Shown here: positions 45,778 through 56,116 of the stretch, piece after piece
How the letters are laid out: every line of letters starts with the position of its first letter
How positions within the stretch are numbered: the stretch's first letter is position 1
Virus record (IMG/VR): IMGVR_UViG_3300035183_000733
Coordinates: 186,001-250,000 of that record
Length of the DNA stretch: 64,000 bases
Strand: one strand, 5' to 3'
Notes under the pieces: generated by a model
What the model was told of the DNA's origin: nothing
Database searches by the model: none
The model's input: the letters and a program-made list of their open reading frames with translations, nothing else
Made by a program: the position numbers and the translations under genes

Positions 45778-46359
45778 CTATTTTCGAGGTCTTGTGAGTA
45801 CTGTGCTGCCGGCCTTTGGATCTTTGTCGGCGAGCATGGACCAGCGTCTGTGCGACTCTATCTTCTCGTACATCTCGTCCGCGCTGAACTCGGGGTCCGT
45901 TATGTGCCAATCGAAATCCTTGAACCCGGCAAAATCAGCACGGTCGGTAGCAAGACGCCTTTCCGGGTCGTCAGCGTCCTTCCTTGATGCAAGTCTCTGT
46001 CTGCGCACATCCTCGGGCGCGTCGATGTATATAACCAACGATTCCGAGCGCTCCTCGTCGGTCAACGCCTTGATCCCCGACGGGGTCATTATGAACAGGT
46101 TGGCGCCGTCGAAGTGCTTCTTTGGCGTGCCGTAATACCACTTATCGGCGAACTTGTTCCACTCACGGAACTCATCGTTATTTATCATCCCCAGAAACTG
46201 CTCCTCGGATATGTAGTAATAGTTTACGCCCTCCACCTCGCCAGGCCTCGGCGGCCTCGTCGTGAACGATACGGAGCACTTGAACCCCTTCCGTTCGAGC
46301 TCGTGTTTCAAAAAATCCTTGCCGGATGCGCCCGGACCGATGAGTATTACCCTTTTCAT
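45778..46359 (-). CDS. gmk: Guanylate kinase
   Basis: GPGASGK, SFTTRPPRPGEVEGVNYYY, WYYGT. Confidence 0.85.
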   Translation of the reverse strand: MKRVILIGPGASGKDFLKHELERKGFKCSVSFTTRPPRPGEVEGVNYYYISEEQFLGMINNDEFREWNKFADKWYYGTPKKHFDGANLFIMTPSGIKALTDEERSESLVIYIDAPEDVRRQRLASRKDADDPERRLATDRADFAGFKDFDWHITDPEFSADEMYEKIESHRRWSMLADKDPKAGSTVLTRPRK

Positions 46360-46422
46360 CTAAATGCTTTTGATATTATACATGTCCTTGAAACTTTGTT
46401 GCGCCGGCTGTAAAACTTAATG

Positions 46423-46492
46423 TTTGGTGAGCAGTATATAATAAAAGCCGTAACTTATTTGGTGAGCAGTATATAATAAAAGCCATAACTTA
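46423..46492 (+). repeat. 35-bp tandem duplication containing TATAAT (probable duplicated promoter)
   Basis: TTTGGTGAGCAGTATATAATAAAAGCCRTAACTTA x2, one mismatch. Confidence 0.85.
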
Positions 46493-46499
46493 TAGATAG

Positions 46500-47456
46500 A
46501 TGAGGACCCTGCACATAGGATTTACCGTACCCGCACTCTGCAAGGCGTTATCGGACGCATCGAGCGAATACCTGTTCCTCGACTGGACTCTGTGGACCTC
46601 CGTGCCCAACAACACGGCGGCTCTTCACGCGAAGACGTTAGAGACGGCCGAGCGGTTCAAACCAGACCTGATATTCCTGCACGTGCAATCACCGGGTGTC
46701 TACACGCCGGAGGTGCTCGCCAAGCTACCGGGGTTTAAGGTGAACTGGACCTGGGACTTTCGAAAACTTACGCCTCAGTGGATGATTGATTGTGGGAGGT
46801 CCGTGGACGTAACCGCGTTCACCAACGATGAGGATGTTATGTTCATGCGCGCCCTCGGCATGAACGCCGAGTTCATCCAGAGCGGATTCAACGATGATAT
46901 ATTCAGGCCAGACGGTGGCGTGGGAGAATACCCACAGATAGTTTTCATGGGCAACAACTACCCAAAGGAAGACTACGATTTCCCCCTGGCAGACTATAGA
47001 ATCAAGATGGTCAACACGCTGTCGTCCAAGTACGGTACAAATTTCGGAGTGTACGGATTCGGGTGGGGTAACGACATGCGTAACTTCATGTACAGGGAGG
47101 CCAAGGAGGCCGAGTGCTACAGGAGCTCTAAGGTGGCCATAAACGTGTCACACTTCGACGCGCTCAGGTACACATCAGACCGCATGCTACGCCTAATGGG
47201 CAGCGGGGCACTGTGCTTGTCTAAGTGGTACCCCGGCATAGAACTCGATTTTGAAGACAAGATCAATATAAGAGTATGGCACGATTTGGATGAACTCGAT
47301 GAACTTATAGAATACTACCTTGACGAGAGGAACAAGGACGAGAGGATAAGAATATCGCAGGCAGGTTGCGAACTGGTTCACCGCAACTATACGTGGAACC
47401 ACATGGCGGACAAAATTAAAAACCTGGTAACTAATGATTCATACGTTCGGAGATAG
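46500..47456 (+). CDS. CgeB-family/GT-B glycosyltransferase
   Basis: FMGNNY, YRSSKVAINVSH...TSDRMLRLMGSG. Confidence 0.7.
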   Translation: MRTLHIGFTVPALCKALSDASSEYLFLDWTLWTSVPNNTAALHAKTLETAERFKPDLIFLHVQSPGVYTPEVLAKLPGFKVNWTWDFRKLTPQWMIDCGRSVDVTAFTNDEDVMFMRALGMNAEFIQSGFNDDIFRPDGGVGEYPQIVFMGNNYPKEDYDFPLADYRIKMVNTLSSKYGTNFGVYGFGWGNDMRNFMYREAKEAECYRSSKVAINVSHFDALRYTSDRMLRLMGSGALCLSKWYPGIELDFEDKINIRVWHDLDELDELIEYYLDERNKDERIRISQAGCELVHRNYTWNHMADKIKNLVTNDSYVRR

Positions 47457-48018
47457 TCACGCTTGGTTCGCCTGGGACCAGATCGAGGGGGTTTCTACAA
47501 ACAGGATAGGACCGATAACGGCGCAGAGTTTCGGCCGTAAGAAATTGGAGATACTGGATATATCCGAGCCGAGGTTCAATGTGGCGCCCGGCGATTACGT
47601 ATGCTTCTCGTTCGGAGAGATAGACTGCAGGTGCCACATAGGCAAATTCAGGTCGAGCAGCAGGATGCTGATGGACAGTATCGCAAAAAATTACTTCGAG
47701 GCCATAAATGCCAACATCGAAAAGATGCCAGGGGTGAAGGTCATGGTGTACAACATCCCTCCGACCCTCAGGAAGGCGGATGCTAAAGAGAACGTGGATT
47801 TCCCATTTTATGGGGAAGATGCGGAGCGCGCAGAGTACATAAGGTACATGAACGAAAGGTACAAAGAACTGTGTGGCGCCAACGATTTCTTATTTGTGGA
47901 TGTTTACAATGATTATGCGGACAAATACGGGTTCCTTCAGAAGGAACTTAGCGACAACATGATACACATACAAGACCCTGTGTACATAAGGGAGTTCGTA
48001 AAAAATAATATAGTGTGA
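47434..48018 (+). CDS. SGNH/GDSL hydrolase-like protein
   Basis: FGDSH, FGEIDCR, DNMIH. Confidence 0.65.
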   Translation: MIHTFGDSHAWFAWDQIEGVSTNRIGPITAQSFGRKKLEILDISEPRFNVAPGDYVCFSFGEIDCRCHIGKFRSSSRMLMDSIAKNYFEAINANIEKMPGVKVMVYNIPPTLRKADAKENVDFPFYGEDAERAEYIRYMNERYKELCGANDFLFVDVYNDYADKYGFLQKELSDNMIHIQDPVYIREFVKNNIV

Positions 48019-48332
48019 TGAAGGATATAATCCTTAACTACATAAAGAAAGAATTCGGTAGTCAAGACCGCAGCGAAAACAGGAGGCACCACTACTCGTA
48101 CTGCTATGCTCCATTTGAGAAGTGTACGTGCAACGATTTGTTCGATGTCAATTATGATACGTCACTGATAAACGGCGGATACATCGACTCGTTTTCGATG
48201 GTGGTCGTGCTGGTGTTCATAGAGAATGAGTTCGACATACAGGTGCCGGACGCTCTCGCGATACCGGAGAACTTTGATACGGTCAATAAAATGGTGGATC
48301 TGATAAAAAGAATAAAAGACAAAGATGAATAA
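48015..48332 (+). CDS. Acyl/aminoacyl carrier protein with a His/Cys-rich insert
   Basis: GGYIDSF phosphopantetheine motif; IENEFDIQVP...ENFDTV. Confidence 0.7.
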   Translation: MMKDIILNYIKKEFGSQDRSENRRHHYSYCYAPFEKCTCNDLFDVNYDTSLINGGYIDSFSMVVVLVFIENEFDIQVPDALAIPENFDTVNKMVDLIKRIKDKDE

Positions 48333-48945
48333 GTACTTCGACAAGATATTCTGCGTCAACCTTGATAAGCGTACTGACAAATGGGAACTGTGCCTGAAGG
48401 AATTCGAGCAGGCCGGCATCGACGTCGTACGGTTCTCCGCAGTCGACGGAAGCACCATTGCATTGCCGCCAAACTGTGCAATAACGCCTGGCGAAGTCGG
48501 GTGTTCGCTAAGTCACACCACCATTCTAAAGAGAATGCTGCACGAGGGATGGGAGAGGATTCTGATCCTCGAGGACGACATAGAGTTCTCCGTGCACGCG
48601 CCGGCCCAGTTCCACCAATGGATCGGTCAGGTGCCTGCCGATTGGGACATGCTGTATCTCGGGGGCAACCACATAGCCCACCCGATACCGGTGACGCAAA
48701 ATGTGTCCAAGATAGTTAGGACGTACACGACGAGCCACTACGGCATAACCAAGAAGATGGCGGCCGAGGTGATAGCAGAGGTGGAGAAGTTCAAATCCCA
48801 GATAGACGTCACGTATACCGATTTTCAGAAAACACACAACTGCTACGTGTTCAATCCGAGCATAGCGTGGCAGAAGCCGGGGCACAGCGACATACAGAAC
48901 GCATATATGGACTACACCAGACTAATGAAACCTCCAGGACAATAA
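48325..48945 (+). CDS. GT25-family glycosyltransferase
   Basis: CVNLDKRTDKW, RFSAVDG, GCSLSH, ILEDDI. Confidence 0.8.
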   Translation: MNKYFDKIFCVNLDKRTDKWELCLKEFEQAGIDVVRFSAVDGSTIALPPNCAITPGEVGCSLSHTTILKRMLHEGWERILILEDDIEFSVHAPAQFHQWIGQVPADWDMLYLGGNHIAHPIPVTQNVSKIVRTYTTSHYGITKKMAAEVIAEVEKFKSQIDVTYTDFQKTHNCYVFNPSIAWQKPGHSDIQNAYMDYTRLMKPPGQ

Positions 48946-49850
48946 TGTATCCACTGATAAACGGCAATAGAAAATTCATACTGTACTGGAACGCGAGGTG
49001 CGCCTGCACGTCTCTCAAAAACTGGTTCTACTTCGTCGACCGCGATACCTACTCGCACGTGGCATTGATAAACGGCAACGGGGTTTCTCTGCCCTCCAAC
49101 AGGGTGCACATGGTCGTACCCTACATAGAAATCCCGTTCAAAATATCCAACGACGAAAATTTAAAGGACTACGTAAGCATCCTCGTGACCCGCAACCCAG
49201 TGGACAGACTTGTGTCGGTTTTGAACCATTCTGTTCTTGAAGTGCTCGGTGTGACAAACCTGAACAAACACAAGATTGAGCGGATGGAGGACCTGCTGAG
49301 GTTTCTGGAAGAACGGGACATGGACTCCAATATAGAGCACCATCTAAATCTGCAGTGCCTGTTTCCGGACAACCACAACTGCCACAAAGGACCGATAAGG
49401 GACCGGTTCAACCACATACTGCGGATAGAAGACGGCCCTGTCATACCACGAATAAACCAGATCCTCGGCACAAACGTTCCGGACTTCAGGGAGAACATAT
49501 CTGACAAGGACTCGTACGTCCCATTCCCGGAGCAGGTTGAACGAATTAAAAAATTATACGCGTGGGACTACTTCCACTTCTACCCGGACGATGACGGCAT
49601 AATAAACAATTCGTACTACAAGTTCTACCCGTACGAACAACCTTCAGAATACATCCCAAAGTTCGGAGACTGTAACACCGATATAATAATAATGCAAAAC
49701 CGAATGATACATCTCGGCATGAACGTGTCCTGCACTGGTGTATACGACGAACAGACAAGAGCGGCCATAATACAGTGGCAATCGGATAACGGCATGGACA
49801 TAACTGGAGAGCTTGACGATAAAACTAAGAAATACATTAGAGGTCTATGA
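48945..49850 (+). CDS. Sulfotransferase-family protein with a C-terminal peptidoglycan-binding domain
   Basis: NARCACTSLK, RNPVDRLVS; GVYDEQTRAAIIQWQSDNGMDITGELD; start moved to 48945. Confidence 0.55.
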   Translation: MYPLINGNRKFILYWNARCACTSLKNWFYFVDRDTYSHVALINGNGVSLPSNRVHMVVPYIEIPFKISNDENLKDYVSILVTRNPVDRLVSVLNHSVLEVLGVTNLNKHKIERMEDLLRFLEERDMDSNIEHHLNLQCLFPDNHNCHKGPIRDRFNHILRIEDGPVIPRINQILGTNVPDFRENISDKDSYVPFPEQVERIKKLYAWDYFHFYPDDDGIINNSYYKFYPYEQPSEYIPKFGDCNTDIIIMQNRMIHLGMNVSCTGVYDEQTRAAIIQWQSDNGMDITGELDDKTKKYIRGL

Positions 49851-50590
49851 TAACATTCAGCAATCTCGGCAAATACGGCCGCCTCGGCAACCAGATGTTC
49901 CAGATAGCATCCGTTATTGGAATAGCTCGCGCCAACGGACACGAATACATATTCCCAGAGTGGAAGTACTCACACTACATGAAAAAAGAGCTCCCTGCCG
50001 GAATAGTGCCGGCTACGAAGGTGGACGAGGTAGGGTTTCATTACGGCGAGATAAAGGTCGGCGAGGGCATCTTTGATATTGTAGGATACCTGCAGTCATG
50101 GCGGTACTTCGACAAGTACAAAGAGGAGGCTCTCGGGTACTTCGAGCTAAAGCCAGAGCACGCCGAAAAAATAGACGCGCTCGCGGCATCGTTCGGAGAC
50201 AATACCTGTTCTTTGCATATAAGGAGGACGGACTATGTGAATCTGTCGCAACACCATCCGGTCATGCCCATGGCATATTACACCAGGGCTATGGAGGTGA
50301 TGGGTGATTGTACGTTTGTCATATTCTCTGACGATATAAACTGGTGTAGGGAGAATTTTGTAGGTAATAAGTTTGTTTTTGTAGACGAGCAGCACCCGGA
50401 CGTATACGACCTGATGTTGATGTCCAAGTGCAAGCACAACGTCATAGCAAACTCGAGCTTCAGCTGGTGGGGCGCGTACCTTAATAAAAACCCCAACAAA
50501 CGAGTTATAGCGCCTGGCAAATGGTTCGGACCTGCGTACGACAACCTCGATACAAAGGACTTGTTGCCAGAGAACTGGTCAAAAATATAA
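49847..50590 (+). CDS. GT11 alpha-1,2-fucosyltransferase-like
   Basis: GRLGNQMFQ, SLHIRRTDY, IANSSFSWWGAYL. Confidence 0.85.
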   Translation: MITFSNLGKYGRLGNQMFQIASVIGIARANGHEYIFPEWKYSHYMKKELPAGIVPATKVDEVGFHYGEIKVGEGIFDIVGYLQSWRYFDKYKEEALGYFELKPEHAEKIDALAASFGDNTCSLHIRRTDYVNLSQHHPVMPMAYYTRAMEVMGDCTFVIFSDDINWCRENFVGNKFVFVDEQHPDVYDLMLMSKCKHNVIANSSFSWWGAYLNKNPNKRVIAPGKWFGPAYDNLDTKDLLPENWSKI

Positions 50591-50604
50591 AGAATAAATA
50601 TACT

Positions 50605-51126
50605 ATGCCAATAAAGAAAGATACATTCAAGAAATACCTAAATCCCTGCCTCGTAGAAACGGGTTCTTACATGGGTGATGGTATACAAGGGGCGCTTGAC
50701 GCCGGGTTCAAAAGGGTCATATCTATAGAGCTGTCCGAGAAATTCTACAACCACTGCGTTGCAAGATTCAAGGATAATCCAAACGTCAAGATAGTGCAGG
50801 GCGACTCCGCCGACGTGCTATACGATGCGATAAAGGATGTCGATACTCCCATAACGTTCTGGCTCGACGGGCACTGGTCCGCCGGTGAGACTGCGTACGG
50901 CAAGAAGAACTGCCCGCTCATAGAGGAGTTCGAGCAGATCCAGCGGCACGGCATCAAGAACCACATAATTCTCGTGGACGATATGCGCTGCTGGCAGGTA
51001 GAGGACCCGGAGATCAAGTTCGGAGAGAACGACATAAAGGAGAAAATCCTACAAATAAATGAAGGATACAAATTCTCGTACGAGGACGGACACATACCGA
51101 ATGATATTTTAGTCGCAAAACTATGA
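50605..51126 (+). CDS. Class I SAM-dependent methyltransferase-like
   Basis: VETGSYMGDG, SIELS, FWLDGHWS. Confidence 0.7.
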   Translation: MPIKKDTFKKYLNPCLVETGSYMGDGIQGALDAGFKRVISIELSEKFYNHCVARFKDNPNVKIVQGDSADVLYDAIKDVDTPITFWLDGHWSAGETAYGKKNCPLIEEFEQIQRHGIKNHIILVDDMRCWQVEDPEIKFGENDIKEKILQINEGYKFSYEDGHIPNDILVAKL

Positions 51127-51740
51127 TGACACCAGAACAGCTACACAACCACTTCATGTCGGAGATACGAAGGTGGTTCGACAACAGGGGAGACCAGACG
51201 CACAGGGTAAACTATGCGCTAACGCAGGATTCTGTAGTCATCGATCTCGGCGGGTACGAGGGCAAATGGGGTAAGACCATCAGCGACATGTACGGATGCA
51301 CGATACACGTGTTCGAGCCAGTGGCCTCGTTCTGCCAGAACATCAAAGCGATGTTCGCCAACAGCCCAAAGGTGCACGTTTACCAGACCGCGCTCGGTCA
51401 CGAGAAAAGCGATGCAACCATAACGATGTCGGCAGATGGATCGGGCATGTTCGCGGAGGGCGACGAGAAGGTGCCTATAACTATAGACTCGGTGCACGAG
51501 TTCCTCGCAAACATACAGAAGGTGGACCTGATAAAGATAAACATAGAGGGCGCCGAATACGACCTACTTGACTGCCTGACTACAGATGAACTTTTGAAGC
51601 TCGATAATATTCAAGTACAATTCCATACGTTTTATCCGGAGTGCCAGCAGCGCAGGGACGCTATAAGGACACGCCTATCAAGGACACACGTACTTACATA
51701 CAATTACGATTTTGTTTGGGAAAATTGGAAACTAAAATAA
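51123..51740 (+). CDS. FkbM-family methyltransferase
   Basis: DLGGYEG, FEP, KINIEGAEY. Confidence 0.8.
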   Translation: MMTPEQLHNHFMSEIRRWFDNRGDQTHRVNYALTQDSVVIDLGGYEGKWGKTISDMYGCTIHVFEPVASFCQNIKAMFANSPKVHVYQTALGHEKSDATITMSADGSGMFAEGDEKVPITIDSVHEFLANIQKVDLIKINIEGAEYDLLDCLTTDELLKLDNIQVQFHTFYPECQQRRDAIRTRLSRTHVLTYNYDFVWENWKLK

Positions 51741-51741
51741 C

Positions 51742-53397
51742 ATGGGATATTTCAGCAAACAGTACAAAAGCAAGTTGGTACATTTTGTACAGAAGAAACT
51801 GAACCAGCAACAAAAACAAGAAGAAGTGAGCACACCACAATCACCAGTCAGCCAGGAGGATTTGGATGATTTCAAGCCAGAGCAGGTAGTCGGCAGCTTG
51901 CCGGCTCCGCTAACCCCGCCGGCAACTAAGAAGAAGGTGCCGCTTGCCGACACTCTGTTCGGGCACGTGCCGGACGACAGACGTTATTTCGACTGGGATC
52001 GTAACGTTAACGCGTACAACTATGTGTTCATGACGGATGCGAGCATCAAGAATCACGGGATGTTTAACGGCAAGACTAAGTACGCATGGATGATTGAGTC
52101 ACCAGAGATAACAACAGACGAGTATGGGTGGCTTGCTCAGAATGCAACGCAGTTCAACAAGGTATTTACGTTCAAGCGATCATTGCTCGACTCCGATCCT
52201 GTCAGGTTCAAGTTTGTTCCGGGCGGGTCATGCTGGATAAAGGAGAAGGATTGGGGACTGCACCCCAAGACCAAACTGGTGTCGATGATAACGTCAAACA
52301 AGAACTTCACAAGCGGACATCATCTACGCCACAGAATCGTGCAACGCCTGCGCTCTAAGATTGACTTATACGGGCGCGGGTTCAACGACATACCGGATAA
52401 GATAGAGGGTTTGAAAGATTACATGTTCTCCTTTGCGATAGAGAACACGAAGGAGGATTATTACTTCACGGAGAAGCTGATAGATTGCTTCATGACCGGC
52501 ACTGTTCCGATATACTACGGATGCCCGTCCATTGCTCAGTTCTTTAATCCGAACGGCATAATACAGATAGACAACCTGGCCGAGGCCGAGACGATGCTTA
52601 ACTCCCTGACGCCTGATATGTACCAGAAGATGCTGCCGGCGATAAGGGACAACTATGAGCGCTGCATAAGGCAGTTCCTATCATACGAAGACTTCATGTA
52701 CTTCAACTACCCTGAACTTCTGTTCGGACTCGGGTCTTCTCCAAGTCCATTAAACGATGTGGTGGACGAAGTGTACTGCATAAACCTCGAGAGAAGGCAC
52801 GATAGATGGCTCGAGGTTTCTCAGCAATTTGACGTGCACAACATCAAGGTGACGCGCTGGCTTGCGGTGGACGGATGGAAGATCGAGGGCACGCACCACA
52901 TGAGGCACGGAGATATGCAAGGCGACAAGATAAAAGGTGCCGTCGGATGTCTGCGTTCGCATCGCAATGCCATAAAGGACGCGCTCGACAAAGGTCACAA
53001 TTCTATATGTGTGTTTGAGGATGACGTTGTACTGCAGCCCGACTTCAACAAAAGATTCGTGAAGCTAATGTCCACTGTTCCCAAAGACTGGGAAATGCTG
53101 TACATTGGATGCCACTGGCACGGACTACCAAACCCGAGACACATAGGCAATAACGTATATTCGCTCAACTGCTTCGGAGTGTTCGGCGTATTGATACGCG
53201 GTCAGCACATGCTACAGAGGATATACGAAGTCACTAAGGGAGAGGAGATGACGCTCGACGATTACCTGTGCTACAGGGTACAACCTGGTCACAAGGTGTA
53301 TACGACCATACCATTCTTGGTCAAAGTAAAGGAGGACTTTTCTGATATTGCCAACCAGTTTGCCGACTACAAAATAGTCAGCAAGTATTTCTACTAA
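51742..53397 (+). CDS. Fusion: GT10-like fucosyltransferase plus GT25 glycosyltransferase
   Basis: YMFSFAIEN..YFTEKLIDCF..GTVPIYYG; CINLERRHDRW, GCLRSH, VFEDDV. Confidence 0.75.
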   Translation: MGYFSKQYKSKLVHFVQKKLNQQQKQEEVSTPQSPVSQEDLDDFKPEQVVGSLPAPLTPPATKKKVPLADTLFGHVPDDRRYFDWDRNVNAYNYVFMTDASIKNHGMFNGKTKYAWMIESPEITTDEYGWLAQNATQFNKVFTFKRSLLDSDPVRFKFVPGGSCWIKEKDWGLHPKTKLVSMITSNKNFTSGHHLRHRIVQRLRSKIDLYGRGFNDIPDKIEGLKDYMFSFAIENTKEDYYFTEKLIDCFMTGTVPIYYGCPSIAQFFNPNGIIQIDNLAEAETMLNSLTPDMYQKMLPAIRDNYERCIRQFLSYEDFMYFNYPELLFGLGSSPSPLNDVVDEVYCINLERRHDRWLEVSQQFDVHNIKVTRWLAVDGWKIEGTHHMRHGDMQGDKIKGAVGCLRSHRNAIKDALDKGHNSICVFEDDVVLQPDFNKRFVKLMSTVPKDWEMLYIGCHWHGLPNPRHIGNNVYSLNCFGVFGVLIRGQHMLQRIYEVTKGEEMTLDDYLCYRVQPGHKVYTTIPFLVKVKEDFSDIANQFADYKIVSKYFY

Positions 53398-53398
53398 T

Positions 53399-54049
53399 AT
53401 GAAGACACTCGTTTACTGTGGTATTCATAATTGCAATACCATCATGCAGCTCATAGATAAGTTTGACGTCATCATTGGATTCGATGCTAATCCCCGAAAG
53501 ATTGCGCGCGCAGCCAAGATACTCCCACCAAAGGTGAAGAAGGTATTCGGCGCCCTGTGCGACAAAGATACCGGACATATCGAGTTCAACATAATGAAGA
53601 AGTGGGACGCATCATCATCCATGGGCACGTTCAACCCAGAGTTTCACCACATGAAAGATCCCAACTCGGTGTTATACAATACGGGTATAAAGAAGTTGAA
53701 AGTTCCTTGCATAAACTTGTCAGAGTACCTAAAGCGTCGTGGAATAGAGAAGATAGACCTTCTCGTCACCGATCTACAGGGTATGGACTTGACCGTACTA
53801 AAGACCATGGAGTCTTGGATAAAAGAAAAACGCATTGTGAATATACAATGCGAGGTTGAAAAGGATGACAAGCCAAACATTTACGATGGGCTTGGCGGCA
53901 ACAAAATGAAAGATTTCATGGAACTGCTATCTGAAAACTACGACTTCATAGCATACCATACGGTCAACGACTGGTGGGAGGGCGACGGCGTATGGCGGTT
54001 GAAAGGCGTCGACGAACCCATAGAAATCGTGCCAGAGATTATCGAGTAA
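53399..54049 (+). CDS. FkbM-like methyltransferase
   Basis: FDANP, IDLLVTDLQGMD. Confidence 0.65.
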   Translation: MKTLVYCGIHNCNTIMQLIDKFDVIIGFDANPRKIARAAKILPPKVKKVFGALCDKDTGHIEFNIMKKWDASSSMGTFNPEFHHMKDPNSVLYNTGIKKLKVPCINLSEYLKRRGIEKIDLLVTDLQGMDLTVLKTMESWIKEKRIVNIQCEVEKDDKPNIYDGLGGNKMKDFMELLSENYDFIAYHTVNDWWEGDGVWRLKGVDEPIEIVPEIIE

Positions 54050-54494
54050 AGAACTTGTCGAACGACAATATCTTGCGCTTCTTCTTCTTCTTTGTCGGTG
54101 CAACACTTGGAACGTCACCAGAACCAGTCACGCCTCGAGATGCAAGAACCGGAGCACCCATTCCATTTACTGAATCAACAGTACCGAATCCGGAATCTGG
54201 TCCAGGACCTCCGCCTTCTCCGTCTTCGCTAACTTCGTGTTTAACTTCGTCGTACTTATTCACGTATCCCTCTTTAACTGGGAACCATCCCTCGTTCTTG
54301 AATTTCTCGAACATTTCGGATTCTGTGACAGCGAGTTCACCGGTCTCCTCGTCGTAGTGCGCGAGGCCTATCGGTTTGTCAAGCTTGAAATACTTGCCTT
54401 CGTCAAGATGTCCAAATTCCCGTATAACTACGGTCTTCTCGTCGAGTTCGGCCGGAAGCTGTGCGAGTAAATCTCTTAGGTCTTTTATGCGCAT
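54039..54494 (-). CDS. Hypothetical protein with a Gly-rich linker and tag-like C-terminus
   Basis: Ends KKKKRKILSFDKFFTR. Confidence 0.55.
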   Translation of the reverse strand: MRIKDLRDLLAQLPAELDEKTVVIREFGHLDEGKYFKLDKPIGLAHYDEETGELAVTESEMFEKFKNEGWFPVKEGYVNKYDEVKHEVSEDGEGGGPGPDSGFGTVDSVNGMGAPVLASRGVTGSGDVPSVAPTKKKKKRKILSFDKFFTR

Positions 54495-55267
54495 TGGTCC
54501 TGTATGTTGAATTTATTGTCCACTCTCTTGACGTCGTACATCCTTCTCTCCTTGCCGGCGAACAGGCACTTCTGCCCGTACTGCCAGTTCTCGTAGTGCT
54601 GGGCTATCTCCTCAATCCTGTCCTTGAAATTAACAGAAGCGGACGAGTTTATCAGCTTTGCACGTATATCCTTGCGAACATACGAGAAGTGGTGCATCTG
54701 TATCTCATTTCGCTCAAACAGCTTGATGTTGCCTGGCAGCATCCTTCTTGTAGGATCTGCAGCAACCGGCCACCGCGAACTCATCGAGAATACACGACCG
54801 TCTATTTTATATATCAGCGGGACGTAATATTCTTCGGGCGGATCCACTATGAACTCTCCGGACCGGTAGTACGTGAGCATCTTGCACGCGCTCGATTGGA
54901 ACCCGCCTGCCTCGACCATCTGCCTGGCGAACATGAGCTCGTCCTTATCGTACAGCTCGTCCACGTCCATCGTCATGAAGTGTGTGCACCCGACTGACTT
55001 GGCGAGGTCGAGCCCCCAGTTGCGCTTGGCCAGTTCGTTAACGTGACCCCCATTAACCTTAGGAACGTACCGAGCCATCTCATCTATCTTGCCAGACATC
55101 CTCAGTCTGCGCACTTCCGCCTCTACATCCGCGTTTATGAAATTGCCGAGGTTCGAGGTTGTCTGGTATATTACACAGATATAATCGGCAACCGGACGAA
55201 CACTGTCGATCGACGATTCGAGTAGTTCGATACCGTCAAAAACGTTGTATGCCACTCCTAAACGCAT
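54485..55267 (-). CDS. GT-A (GT2-like) glycosyltransferase
   Basis: GIELLESSIDSVR, TMDVDE, MHHFSYVR. Confidence 0.65.
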   Translation of the reverse strand: MRLGVAYNVFDGIELLESSIDSVRPVADYICVIYQTTSNLGNFINADVEAEVRRLRMSGKIDEMARYVPKVNGGHVNELAKRNWGLDLAKSVGCTHFMTMDVDELYDKDELMFARQMVEAGGFQSSACKMLTYYRSGEFIVDPPEEYYVPLIYKIDGRVFSMSSRWPVAADPTRRMLPGNIKLFERNEIQMHHFSYVRKDIRAKLINSSASVNFKDRIEEIAQHYENWQYGQKCLFAGKERRMYDVKRVDNKFNIQDQCA

Positions 55268-55277
55268 AATTTAAAAG

Positions 55278-56116
55278 TCATACCATTTTTAGATTTACCG
55301 GAAACACACAATTTTTTATAGTATTTTTATGTAAACCACTGTGCTTAACAGCAAGATTTAAACTATCGAAGTGAATTATTTGGTCATCTTCGGTACGCAT
55401 GTCAATCGGCATTAAATTTTTCTTAGTTTTTCGTATCTTATCTCTGGTATCTTTATTATGAGTTTTTCCATAAAATGGATTGGCTTTACCAAATTTTTTA
55501 ATACCGAACATTGGATTGTTGGTACCCGACATCGATTCTGATATTTTAGTTTTTGTTTCATCTGACATAACCCAACCTTTATTAGCATCACTAATTATCT
55601 TCTTAGTTTCTACAGAATGTTGTTTACCAAAAATGGATTAGCACTACCAATAAACCGACCTTTATTAGCATCACTAATTATCTTCTTAGTTTCTACAGAA
55701 TGTTGTTTACCAAAAAATCCGTTATCAGTACCAACGCATTTACCAGTTCTCGATTTACTAATTTTATTCTTTATCTCATCAGATAATATCGTACCATACC
55801 TGCTGCCGGCTGTGGGGTTTATATTATATCCATATTCACATGCTCTCAGTATATCTATAAAAAATTGTTCGCGTTCAAGCAACTTATGTACATCTTCTAT
55901 TTTTTCTATAATATCAAATACGAAGTCGATTTGTCCGTATTTGTTCCAAGCACGTTGTAGGTAGATATTATGGTGTAATCCCTTATTTAACTTAGCAAGA
56001 TGTCCAGAACTTTTATGGTAGAATCGTTGATAATAGTTTATAGCAGAACCTACATAAAATTTAGAGGTAGTTAAATTTTTAATTATATAAACAGCTGCTC
56101 CCGTATATATTTCCAT
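55278..56116 (-). mobile_element. GIY-YIG homing endonuclease with NUMOD3 repeats; -1 frameshift in a T-run near 55630
   Basis: VYIIKN..KFYVGSA; NGFFGKQHSVETK repeats; AT-rich versus flanks; adding one T joins both ORFs. Confidence 0.8.
55575..55717. repeat. About 59-bp direct repeat encoding duplicated NUMOD3 units
   Basis: Copies at 55575-55633 and 55658-55717 are identical except A5 versus A6 at the end. Confidence 0.85.

Noticed and set aside
46423-46492. 35-bp repeat as a CRISPR array
   Set aside because: Only two copies, directly abutting with no spacer; no cas genes in the window.
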